Shown: positions 47,974 through 56,398 of the stretch, one piece after another
Position numbering within the stretch: position 1 is the first letter of the stretch
Layout of the letters: every line of letters starts with the position of its first letter
Source of the DNA: Candidatus Portnoybacteria bacterium RBG_13_40_8
GTDB lineage: Bacteria; Patescibacteriota; Minisyncoccia; RBG-13-40-8-A
Assembly (NCBI GenBank): GCA_001819435.1
Contig: MHMT01000003.1
Span: forward strand, 5,797-69,796
Length of the DNA stretch: 64,000 nt
Direction of reading: 5' to 3'
The notes under the pieces: generated by a model
Databases searched by the model: none
What the model saw: only the letters and a program-made list of their open reading frames with translations
What the model was told of the DNA's origin: nothing
Made by a program: the position numbers and the translations under genes

Positions 47974-50382
47974 ATGCTTTATAAGCTTTTTGGCGATCCG
48001 AATAAGAAATACTTGCAGAAAATCCAGCCGATTGTTGAAGAAATAAACAAGCTCGAATCAAAATTCGAGCGTTTTTCTAATGAGGGGCTAAAAAATTTAA
48101 CCACTGAATTTAAAGCCAGACTAGAAAAAGGAGAATCGCTCGACAATATTTTGCCCGAAGCTTTTGCCGCGGTCCGCGAAGCAGCCAAAAGAACTTTGAA
48201 ACAACGCCATTTTGATGCTCAGTTGATAGGGGGAGTCGTTTTACATCAGGGGAAAATTGCCGAAATGAAAACCGGAGAAGGAAAAACCCTGGCCGCCACC
48301 TTGCCATTATATTTAAATGCTTTAACCAATGCGGGTGCTCATTTGGTAACGGTCAATGATTATTTAGCCAGGCGTGATACGGTTTGGATGGGACAAATTT
48401 ATAATTTACTGGGATTGTCGGTTGCCTGTATTAATCACGAAAATTCATATATTTACGATCCAGAATATAGCAGTCAAGAAAAAGATCAAATCAGAGATGA
48501 CCTGGGGAGCTTTAAGGTAGTTGAAGATTATTTAAGGCCGGTTTCGAGAAAAGAAGCTTATTTGGCCGATATTCTTTATGGCACAAACAATGAGTTTGGC
48601 TTTGATTATCTCCGAGATAATATGGCTTATGGCAAAGACGAATTGTCACAGAGAGGATTCAATTATGCGATTGTTGATGAAGTTGACAGCATTTTAATTG
48701 ATGAGGCGAGAACACCGCTGATTATTTCTGCCCCGGATATTGAATCAGCTGATTTGTATAAAAAATTCGCCAAAATTGCTCCTCAGCTGAAAGGAAATAT
48801 TGATTATACCATTGATGAAAAAATGAGAGCAGTAACCTTGACTAATGAGGGGATGGATAAAATTGAGAAAATTTTGGGCATGGGGAATATTTATCAGGAG
48901 AAAAGTATTCAGGTTATCCATCACCTTGAACAAGCCTTACGAGCCGAAGTTTTATTTAAGAAAGACAAAGATTATGTAGTAAGAAATGGCGAAGTAATCA
49001 TCGTGGATGAATTTACTGGTCGTTTAATGCCTGGCAGACGCTATTCCGGCGGATTACACCAGGCGATTGAAGCCAAAGAAGGAGTTGAGGTTCAGAAAGA
49101 ATCAAAAACCTTAGCCACGATTACATTTCAGAATTTTTTCAGAATGTATAAAAAATTAGCCGGTATGACCGGAACCGCCCTAACCAATGCTGAGGAATTT
49201 GATAAAGTTTATAAATTAGATGTAATTAGCATTCCAACCAATAAACCAATGATTAGAGAAGATTTAGCCGATTTAATCTACAAAAATGAAGCCGGGAAAT
49301 TTAAAGCAGTAGTTGAGAAAATAAGAGAATCTTATCAAAAAGGACAGCCAGTTTTAGTGGGCACGGTTTCCATAGAGAAGAACGAACATCTGGGGAGTTT
49401 GCTTAAAAGAGAAGGCATACCTTGCAATATTTTAAATGCTAAAAATCACGAAAAAGAAGGAGAAATAATTGCGCAGGCAGGCCAATCAAAAGCAGTAACC
49501 GTGGCCACGAATATGGCTGGTCGAGGAGTGGATATAATTTTGGGAGGAAATCCGCCGGATGAAAATAATGCCAAAAAAGTCAAAGAACTTGGCGGTTTAT
49601 TTGTTCTTGGCACCGAAAGACACGAAGCGAGAAGAATAGACAATCAATTGCGCGGTCGTTCCGGTCGTCAGGGCGACTCGGGGATGAGTCAATTTTTTGT
49701 TTCTCTGGAAGACGAATTAATGCAAAGATTTGGTTCAGACCGAATAAAGAACCTAATGGACACTTTCAAGATTCCCGAAGACCAGCCGATTCAGAATAAA
49801 CTGATTTCCAATGCCATTGAAAAGGCCCAGGCCAGAATTGAGGGATATAACCTGGATATCCGACATCATGTTTTGGAATATGATGAAGTGATGAATAAAC
49901 AAAGGCAGGCAATTTATAAAATGAGAAAAGACATCTTGTTTGCCAGCGACGAGGAAATACATAATCAAGTAAATGAGTTGATGAACGATGGGGAAATGAA
50001 AAATTATCAGGAAAAGCATAAACAAATTTCTGATAATGACAAAGCAAATTTAGAAAGATTTATAATGCTGAGAACTATTGATATGCTTTGGATGGAGCAT
50101 TTGGAGACAATGGAATGTCTGCGTGATAGTGTTAGATTGCGTGCTTATGGCCAGCGCGATCCGTTGGTAGAATATAAAAATGAAAGCCGAAGATTATTCG
50201 GCCAGATGATGGATGAAATTAATAATGCAATTGTAAATATATTAATCGGCGCAGAAATTCAAAAAAATCCAGCATCCCGGCAAAGGATTTCCGAAGTTAA
50301 ACCCACCAAAAACAAGGTTGGCCGCAACGACCCCTGTCCGTGTGGTTCAGGGAAAAAATATAAGAAGTGTCATGGAAAATAA
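47974..50382 (+). CDS. secA: Preprotein translocase ATPase SecA
   Basis: MKTGEGKT, DEVDSILIDEARTPLIIS, TNMAGRG, GRSGRQGD, C-terminal GRNDPCPCGSGKKYKKCH. Confidence 0.98.
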   Translation: MLYKLFGDPNKKYLQKIQPIVEEINKLESKFERFSNEGLKNLTTEFKARLEKGESLDNILPEAFAAVREAAKRTLKQRHFDAQLIGGVVLHQGKIAEMKTGEGKTLAATLPLYLNALTNAGAHLVTVNDYLARRDTVWMGQIYNLLGLSVACINHENSYIYDPEYSSQEKDQIRDDLGSFKVVEDYLRPVSRKEAYLADILYGTNNEFGFDYLRDNMAYGKDELSQRGFNYAIVDEVDSILIDEARTPLIISAPDIESADLYKKFAKIAPQLKGNIDYTIDEKMRAVTLTNEGMDKIEKILGMGNIYQEKSIQVIHHLEQALRAEVLFKKDKDYVVRNGEVIIVDEFTGRLMPGRRYSGGLHQAIEAKEGVEVQKESKTLATITFQNFFRMYKKLAGMTGTALTNAEEFDKVYKLDVISIPTNKPMIREDLADLIYKNEAGKFKAVVEKIRESYQKGQPVLVGTVSIEKNEHLGSLLKREGIPCNILNAKNHEKEGEIIAQAGQSKAVTVATNMAGRGVDIILGGNPPDENNAKKVKELGGLFVLGTERHEARRIDNQLRGRSGRQGDSGMSQFFVSLEDELMQRFGSDRIKNLMDTFKIPEDQPIQNKLISNAIEKAQARIEGYNLDIRHHVLEYDEVMNKQRQAIYKMRKDILFASDEEIHNQVNELMNDGEMKNYQEKHKQISDNDKANLERFIMLRTIDMLWMEHLETMECLRDSVRLRAYGQRDPLVEYKNESRRLFGQMMDEINNAIVNILIGAEIQKNPASRQRISEVKPTKNKVGRNDPCPCGSGKKYKKCHGK

Positions 50383-50383
50383 T

Positions 50384-50806
50384 ATGCCTCAAAAGGGAGC
50401 AATGTTCATAATCTTGAGACCGGATGGCACGGTTCTTATGCAATTGCGTGACGCAAAAAGTAAATTTTATCCCAACATGTGGTGTTTTCCCGGAGGAGGA
50501 TGCAGTGGCGATGAAGAACCGATTGATACAGTGATACGCGAAGCGAAAGAAGAGTATGGTTTAAATTTAGAAAAAAGCACTTGCCGTTTTTTGATGGAGT
50601 ATCAACTACTTTTGCCGGAGAACTATTGCCCAACGGCTTATATATTTATTTGTCCCATCGATTTGGAGCAAGAACCAATACTAAACGAAGGCGTAGATAT
50701 GAAATGGATGAAAATTAACGAGATTAAAAAGATAGAATTAGGTTTTGAACAGAAAATTATTATCCCTAAATTAGAAGAATTTTTGCGGTTCAGGGAAAAA
50801 GTTTAA
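50384..50806 (+). CDS. NUDIX hydrolase
   Basis: FPGGG..GDEEPIDTVIREAKEEYG Nudix box; alternative ATG at 50372. Confidence 0.88.
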   Translation: MPQKGAMFIILRPDGTVLMQLRDAKSKFYPNMWCFPGGGCSGDEEPIDTVIREAKEEYGLNLEKSTCRFLMEYQLLLPENYCPTAYIFICPIDLEQEPILNEGVDMKWMKINEIKKIELGFEQKIIIPKLEEFLRFREKV

Positions 50807-50825
50807 AAAGCACCATGGAAAATAA
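50784..50825 (+). repeat. Second copy of the secA 3' end (CGSGKKFKKHHGK*)
   Basis: 35/42 nt identical to 50341-50382 by manual alignment. Confidence 0.9.
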
Positions 50826-50937
50826 AAAAAGCCACATGGTTTACCGGGTATTGCGTGGGTCCCGGGCCACATGGCTTTTTAAGATGTACGAGAATTATCT
50901 CGTACATCCATTATAGCAAGCCCACAGGATTTGTCAA
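50824..50937 (-). ncRNA. Candidate small RNA unit 3 (minus strand)
   Basis: TTGACA-N16-TATAAT; inverted repeat gatgtacgaga-N4-tctcgtacatc; agccatgtgg..ccatgtggct stem plus T-tract. Confidence 0.45.
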
Positions 50938-50944
50938 GTCCCGT

Positions 50945-50977
50945 GGTAAGAAAATCAAAAAGCATCATGAAAAGTAG
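50945..50977 (+). repeat. Third, more degenerate copy of the secA 3' end (GKKIKKHHEK*)
   Basis: ggt aag aaa atc aaa aag cat cat gaa aag tag; contains the vanX ATG. Confidence 0.65.
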
Positions 50978-51548
50978 AAAAACAAAAATAAAATTTGTTG
51001 ATGTGAAAAAATACGGGTTTATTACAGAACCGAGGTATTATTTTTGGGGATGGAGTAATTTTTCGAAAATTTTAGCACGGGATTCAGCTGTAAAAGCATT
51101 GGTCAAGGCAAAACGATTTTTACCAAAAGGACACAATTTTAAAATCTGGGACGTAAAAAGGACGTATAATATCCAAGCTGAAATGATAAAAAGCTTCAGA
51201 CGGAGATTAAAATTATTGCATCCCAAATTATCTAAAGCCAAGTTGGAGAAATTAGTTTTTAAATTCAGCGGCGGGCTGGGTAAATCAGTAAAGCGTTTGG
51301 ACACACACAGAAAAGGCGGTTCATTTGACCTGACAATTATTGATAAAAAATGTAATGAATTGTATATGGGAACTGACCACGATGATTTGACCAAAAAAGC
51401 AGCAACCGATTATTATGAAAATAAGCTACAGCTCAATTCATTGGAAAAGCAAGCCAAAAAGAATCGCAGATTGCTAAAGAGGGTTATGAAAAAAGCGGGA
51501 TTCGTTAATTATGCGGCTGAATGGTGGCACTGGAGCTACGACAAATAA
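50967..51548 (+). CDS. D-alanyl-D-alanine dipeptidase (peptidase M15D, VanX-like)
   Basis: KIWD..RT, THRKGGSFDLT, MGT..D, NRRLL, EWWHWSY. Confidence 0.88.
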   Translation: MKSRKTKIKFVDVKKYGFITEPRYYFWGWSNFSKILARDSAVKALVKAKRFLPKGHNFKIWDVKRTYNIQAEMIKSFRRRLKLLHPKLSKAKLEKLVFKFSGGLGKSVKRLDTHRKGGSFDLTIIDKKCNELYMGTDHDDLTKKAATDYYENKLQLNSLEKQAKKNRRLLKRVMKKAGFVNYAAEWWHWSYDK

Positions 51549-51553
51549 GCTTT

Positions 51554-51582
51554 ACCCTACACCAAAATTTTTGGTGTAGGGT
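51554..51582. terminator. Perfect 14-bp inverted repeat (terminator or REP-like)
   Basis: accctacaccaaaa-t-ttttggtgtagggt. Confidence 0.65.
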
Positions 51583-51635
51583 TGCCAAATATTTTTTTTT
51601 GTTTTATACTAAAAAATCAATCTTGAATTAATTCC

Positions 51636-53048
51636 ATGGGGATTTTTTTAAAACGACAAAAATCAACTGAACGAGAAGGATTTCATGACCGACAAAAGAG
51701 TAAAATCCGGCTGATTATGCTGGGGATTTTTATTTTAACCATTGTCGCCGGCAGCTTAAATTATCCGAATTTATGGGATAAAGGAGTTGATTGGATAAAT
51801 TCCAATATTGGTATCAAAATTCCTCATTTTTATAAATTGCCATTTAAACTCGGCTTGGATTTACAAGGCGGTACGCATTTAATTTATGAGGCCAATCTTT
51901 CAACCATAGAAGCGGGCGAAAGAGATGCGTCTCTTGACGGGATTAGAGACGTGATTGAAAGAAGGGTTAATATTTTTGGAGTAGCCGAACCAACCATTCA
52001 AATAAATAAATCCGGTGATTCCTATCGTTTGATAGTCGATTTGCCGGGAGTAACCGATATTCATCAAGCAATTGAAATGATTGGAGCCACGCCTTATCTT
52101 GAATTCAAAGAACAAAGAGAACAAGCAGAGACCGATGAAATTTTAAAAAGACAACAAGAAGGCGACGAAGAAGCCCAAAAAATTGACCCTTATTTCACAT
52201 CAACTCAATTAACTGGTCGATATCTGAAAAAATCTCAACTGGCCTTTGACCAAACCACCAGCAAGCCTCATGTGGGTTTGGAATTTACCGATGAAGGTGG
52301 AAAAATTTTTGCCGAATTAACCAAGAATAATGTTGGTAAGATATTGGCGATTTATTTGGACGGGTTTCCGATCAGCGCTCCCCGGGTCCAAGAGGAAATT
52401 ACTGGCGGCAATGCCCAAATTACGGGCAGTTTCACAACGGAAGAAGCCAAAGAATTGGCTCAGCGTTTAAATGCCGGAGCTTTGCCCGTGCCGATTAATT
52501 TAATCAGTCAGCAAAATATCGGCGCCTCTCTCGGGCACGATTCATTGATTAAAAGCTTAAAAGCGGGGCTTATCGGCTTTTTGGCCATCCTTCTTTTTAT
52601 GGTTGTGTCTTATAGATTAAGCGGTTTTTTTGCTTCTCTTTCTTTGATTATTTATGTAATAGTTCTTTTGGCTTTATTTAAATTGATACCCGTTACCCTG
52701 ACCTTGGCCGGTATTGCCGGGTTTTTACTTTCTATGGGTATGGCAGTTGATGCCAATATTTTAATATTTTCAAGAACCAAGGAAGAAGTAAGGGAAGGAA
52801 GAGGTTTTTTTGATGCCCTGAATGTCGGAATTAAGAGAGCCTGGCCATCGATTAGAGACGGCAACTTTACTACAATTTTAGTCGGTTTGATTCTGTTTAT
52901 GTTTGGAACGGGTTTCGTCAAGGGTTTCGCCCTCACCTTGATTATTGGTAATTTGATTAATATGTTTTCAGCCATAGTTATAACAAACTATTTAATAAGA
53001 TTCTTTATAAAGGGTGGCGCAGGAGGTCATAAAAAAATTTGGTTATGA
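51636..53048 (+). CDS. secD: Protein translocase subunit SecD
   Basis: LGLDLQGG, RRVNIFGVAEP, AGALP, GMAVDANILIF. Confidence 0.97.
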   Translation: MGIFLKRQKSTEREGFHDRQKSKIRLIMLGIFILTIVAGSLNYPNLWDKGVDWINSNIGIKIPHFYKLPFKLGLDLQGGTHLIYEANLSTIEAGERDASLDGIRDVIERRVNIFGVAEPTIQINKSGDSYRLIVDLPGVTDIHQAIEMIGATPYLEFKEQREQAETDEILKRQQEGDEEAQKIDPYFTSTQLTGRYLKKSQLAFDQTTSKPHVGLEFTDEGGKIFAELTKNNVGKILAIYLDGFPISAPRVQEEITGGNAQITGSFTTEEAKELAQRLNAGALPVPINLISQQNIGASLGHDSLIKSLKAGLIGFLAILLFMVVSYRLSGFFASLSLIIYVIVLLALFKLIPVTLTLAGIAGFLLSMGMAVDANILIFSRTKEEVREGRGFFDALNVGIKRAWPSIRDGNFTTILVGLILFMFGTGFVKGFALTLIIGNLINMFSAIVITNYLIRFFIKGGAGGHKKIWL

Positions 53049-53938
53049 ATATCTCATTTATAAAATATCATAAGATTCATTATTTTATTGTTGGGGCATT
53101 AATTATCGCCAGCGTAATTTGTTTGGTTGTTTTTGGTTTAAATTTGGGAATTGATTTTCTTGGCGGGAGTATTTCGGAGGTTAATTTCGAAAATAGACCG
53201 GCCAATACCGTAATTCAGGAAAAATTAAATAGTTTAAATTTAGGCGAAATTACCGTTCAGCCAACCGGCGAAAGAGGAGTCATTTTAAGATTAAAAAATA
53301 TCGACGAAAACACTCATCAGGAAATTCTTTTTAAATTAGGCGAAATTTCAAAAATTGAGGAAAAAAGATTTGAAAGTATCGGACCGACGGTGGGTAAAGA
53401 GTTAAGAGAAAAAACCATAATTTTAATAACCGTTTCACTAATTGCCCTGCTTATTTATATTGCCATTGCTTTTAGAAAGTTGAAATGGCCAATTTCAAGT
53501 TGGCAGTATGGCGTTGTATCGGTTATAACTTTATTTATAGATATTCTTATACCGTTTTTGGTTCTGGTAATTTTGGGCAAATTTTACAATGTTCAGTTCA
53601 ATATCCCGATTATCTCTGCCCTATTAACGATTTTGGGTTACACCATTAACGATAAAGTAATTATTTTTGACAGGGTTAGGGAAAATATTCTCAGAACCAG
53701 GTCTGATAATTTTTCTGATACCGTTAATTCCAGTTTAAATCAAATACTCGGCCGTTCCCTCGGTACGGGCCTTTGTACGCTTTTGGTATTATTTTCCATA
53801 TTTTTCCTCGGTGGAGAAACTTTAAAATATTTTTCTCTGACACTGATTATCGGGGTAATTGTCGGCACTTATACTTCTTTATTCATTGCCAGTTCTTTAT
53901 TGGTAACCTGGAATAGATTTAAAACAAAAGGTGCTTGA
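53045..53938 (+). CDS. secF: Protein translocase subunit SecF
   Basis: LGIDFLGG, IGPTVGKEL, GYTIND..IFDRVRE, GTYTS. Confidence 0.97.
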   Translation: MNISFIKYHKIHYFIVGALIIASVICLVVFGLNLGIDFLGGSISEVNFENRPANTVIQEKLNSLNLGEITVQPTGERGVILRLKNIDENTHQEILFKLGEISKIEEKRFESIGPTVGKELREKTIILITVSLIALLIYIAIAFRKLKWPISSWQYGVVSVITLFIDILIPFLVLVILGKFYNVQFNIPIISALLTILGYTINDKVIIFDRVRENILRTRSDNFSDTVNSSLNQILGRSLGTGLCTLLVLFSIFFLGGETLKYFSLTLIIGVIVGTYTSLFIASSLLVTWNRFKTKGA

Positions 53939-54006
53939 CATTGTTTTTTTAGTATGATATATTAATTTATTGATAAAAATTAAATTCAATTTAACAGGGT
54001 AAAATT

Positions 54007-55059
54007 ATGGCAAAATCAACATCCACAAAAAATATTAATAAAACCTTATCTACCAGAACAGAAAAGGCATTATTGTTTTTGACAAATCCGCGAGTCAGAG
54101 ACGTAATTGAAAGAAGGTTTGGAATTAAAAACGGTAAAATTGAAACTCTTGAGGCAATTGGTCATGGTTATGGTATTACCCGAGAACGGGTCCGTCAAAT
54201 CGAAGAAAATGGCCTAAGAGCTTTAAAATCAGAAAGAGTTTTACCGTTGTTTGAGCCAGTTTTTGCATATTTGAATGATTTCTTTAATGAACACGGTAAT
54301 TTGGCCGGTGAAGAATATTTGTATTGTACTTTGACCAATACAAATGAATTTCATCCTCTGAGAGGCCAGCTTTATTTGGTTTTAACTATTGGTGACCCCT
54401 ATCAAAGAATAATTAATGATGAACGTTTTAACCCTTACTGGATAACCGATAAATCAGTCAGAAATGTAGCCGGGAAAGTGGTTGACTTTTTAATCGACCA
54501 TTTCACCAAGCAGAATAAAGTTTTTCACGAATCAGATATTTTAGATGTTTTGTCTCAAAAGCATTCGAATCTGTCACAAAAGATGCTTTGCGTTATATTG
54601 GATATTTCCAAAGAGATAAATAAAAATATCTTTGGTCAACTGGGCTTAACCTATTGGCCGGAAATTTCTCCTCAAGGAGTAAAAGACAGGGCTTATTTGA
54701 TATTAAAGAAAGAAGGGAAGCCACTTCATTTCACCCTGATAACCGAATTGATAAATAAAAGTGATTTTGGCGATAGATTGGCCCATACCCAGACCGTTCA
54801 TAATGAATTAATAAAAAGCCCCAAATTTGTCTTAACTGGTCGAGGTACTTACGCTTTGGCTGAATGGGGTTATGAGCCGGGAACTGTAGAAGAGACAATA
54901 GAGAAAATTTTAAAAACCAATAAAAGACCGATGACCAAAGAAGAAATATTGGAAGCGGTCTTATTGCAGCGTCAAGTTAAGCCAACTACGATATTGCTTA
55001 ACCTTCAGAGATCTCCCAAGACCAAGAAATTAGGTGATGGGAAATATGCTTTGGTTTAA
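54007..55059 (+). CDS. Sigma70 region-4-like HTH plus HARE-HTH (RNAP delta-like) protein
   Basis: RRFG..TLEAIG..YGITRERVRQIE; KPLHF..I..I, QTVHNELI, GRGTYAL.EWG. Confidence 0.75.
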   Translation: MAKSTSTKNINKTLSTRTEKALLFLTNPRVRDVIERRFGIKNGKIETLEAIGHGYGITRERVRQIEENGLRALKSERVLPLFEPVFAYLNDFFNEHGNLAGEEYLYCTLTNTNEFHPLRGQLYLVLTIGDPYQRIINDERFNPYWITDKSVRNVAGKVVDFLIDHFTKQNKVFHESDILDVLSQKHSNLSQKMLCVILDISKEINKNIFGQLGLTYWPEISPQGVKDRAYLILKKEGKPLHFTLITELINKSDFGDRLAHTQTVHNELIKSPKFVLTGRGTYALAEWGYEPGTVEETIEKILKTNKRPMTKEEILEAVLLQRQVKPTTILLNLQRSPKTKKLGDGKYALV

Positions 55060-55101
55060 TAATTAACATTAACAATCATATTTTTAGATAACGGTTATAA
55101 T

Positions 55102-56388
55102 ATGACTGGCGGATTGCCTGACATTTTCAATATTTATAAGGTAATACTCCTGGGCTATTGGTGGATTTGGCTACCGGTGGCTCTTTTTTTTATTTTAAGA
55201 ATGATGTGGCTGGATTATATCCGTTCCGAATATTTGAAAAGCATCGAGTGGACACTTTTGGAGATAAGCTTTCCAAGAGAGGCGATAAAAAGTCCCAAGG
55301 CGATGGAGCAGATTTTTAGCGGATTGCATGTCACAGAGAGAAAACTTAAATTTAAGGACAAATATATAAAAGGTGAACTTCCAACATGGTTTAGCATTGA
55401 AATAGTGGGCGATGGTGGAAGAATCAGAATATTATTAAGAACACCAGAGAAATATAGAAATTTAGTAGAGTCCCAAATCTACGCTCAGTATCCGGATGCC
55501 GAAATTTCGGAAACCCAGGATTATGTTAATGATTTACCATTCGGTATTCCCAATAAAGATTACGATATCTGGGGAACTGAGTTGATTTTAACTCAACCCG
55601 ATGCTTATCCAATCCGAACCTATCCTTTCTTTTTTCAGGAAAAAGAAATTGAAGAAAGAACCGATCCGATGGCTGGTCTTTTTGAGTTTTTAAGCAGTCT
55701 GAACTTCCAAGAACATCTTTGGCTGCAAATTTTGATTAGCCCTGTTGACGATGAATGGAAAAAAGAAGCAGAAAAGGTGGTTGGAAAAATTCTTGGCAAG
55801 GAAGTAAAAAGTTCCAAGAAGAGCGGGTCATTGATTATTAAAGAAGTTAGCGGTTGGCTTGACGCATTTTTAAAAGGAGTTACTGATTTTTTCACCGGAC
55901 CATCGACCAAGGCCGAGACCAAAGAAGAGAAAAAGGTAGAAAATTTAGCTGCTTATTTAAGCCCCGGTCAGAAAGAAGTGGTTTCGGCCATTGAAGCCAA
56001 TATTGCCAAATTAGGATTTAGAACAATGATTAGAGAAATGTATTGGGCCCACAAAGATGTTTTTTCCAAAGACAAGACAGCAGCGGTTGGCGGATTTTTT
56101 AAACAATTTAACACCCAAAACCTTAATGGTTTTAAGCCGAATAAATTGGTCACTCCGGGGCGGAGCAAAATATTCAAAAAACGTCGAGAACCGGGTCAAA
56201 AAAGATATATCTTAAGGTTATATAAAAACAGGCAATTTATTTTCCATAGACCCAGAAGAGGGTTCGTATTCAATACCGAAGAACTGGCTACTGTTTTTCA
56301 TATTCCTCTCAAATACGTTAAAGTGGAAAGAATTCCCAGAATTGAGGCCAAGAAAGGCGGACCACCCACCAGTTTACCCACTATTTAA
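55102..56388 (+). CDS. Membrane-anchored conserved hypothetical protein, partner of the downstream ATPase
   Basis: N-terminal TM, LLEI..P, AMEQIF, ESQIYAQYP, NTEELATVFH. Confidence 0.7.
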   Translation: MTGGLPDIFNIYKVILLGYWWIWLPVALFFILRMMWLDYIRSEYLKSIEWTLLEISFPREAIKSPKAMEQIFSGLHVTERKLKFKDKYIKGELPTWFSIEIVGDGGRIRILLRTPEKYRNLVESQIYAQYPDAEISETQDYVNDLPFGIPNKDYDIWGTELILTQPDAYPIRTYPFFFQEKEIEERTDPMAGLFEFLSSLNFQEHLWLQILISPVDDEWKKEAEKVVGKILGKEVKSSKKSGSLIIKEVSGWLDAFLKGVTDFFTGPSTKAETKEEKKVENLAAYLSPGQKEVVSAIEANIAKLGFRTMIREMYWAHKDVFSKDKTAAVGGFFKQFNTQNLNGFKPNKLVTPGRSKIFKKRREPGQKRYILRLYKNRQFIFHRPRRGFVFNTEELATVFHIPLKYVKVERIPRIEAKKGGPPTSLPTI

Positions 56389-56398
56389 TCAATGAATT

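Noticed and set aside
50318-50383. Extended N-terminus of the NUDIX ORF from TTG 50318
   Set aside because: It overlaps the secA SEC-C coding region; ATG at 50372 or 50384 is more plausible
50967-51548. Vancomycin resistance locus
   Set aside because: Lone VanX/DdpX-family dipeptidase without vanH, vanA or vanRS
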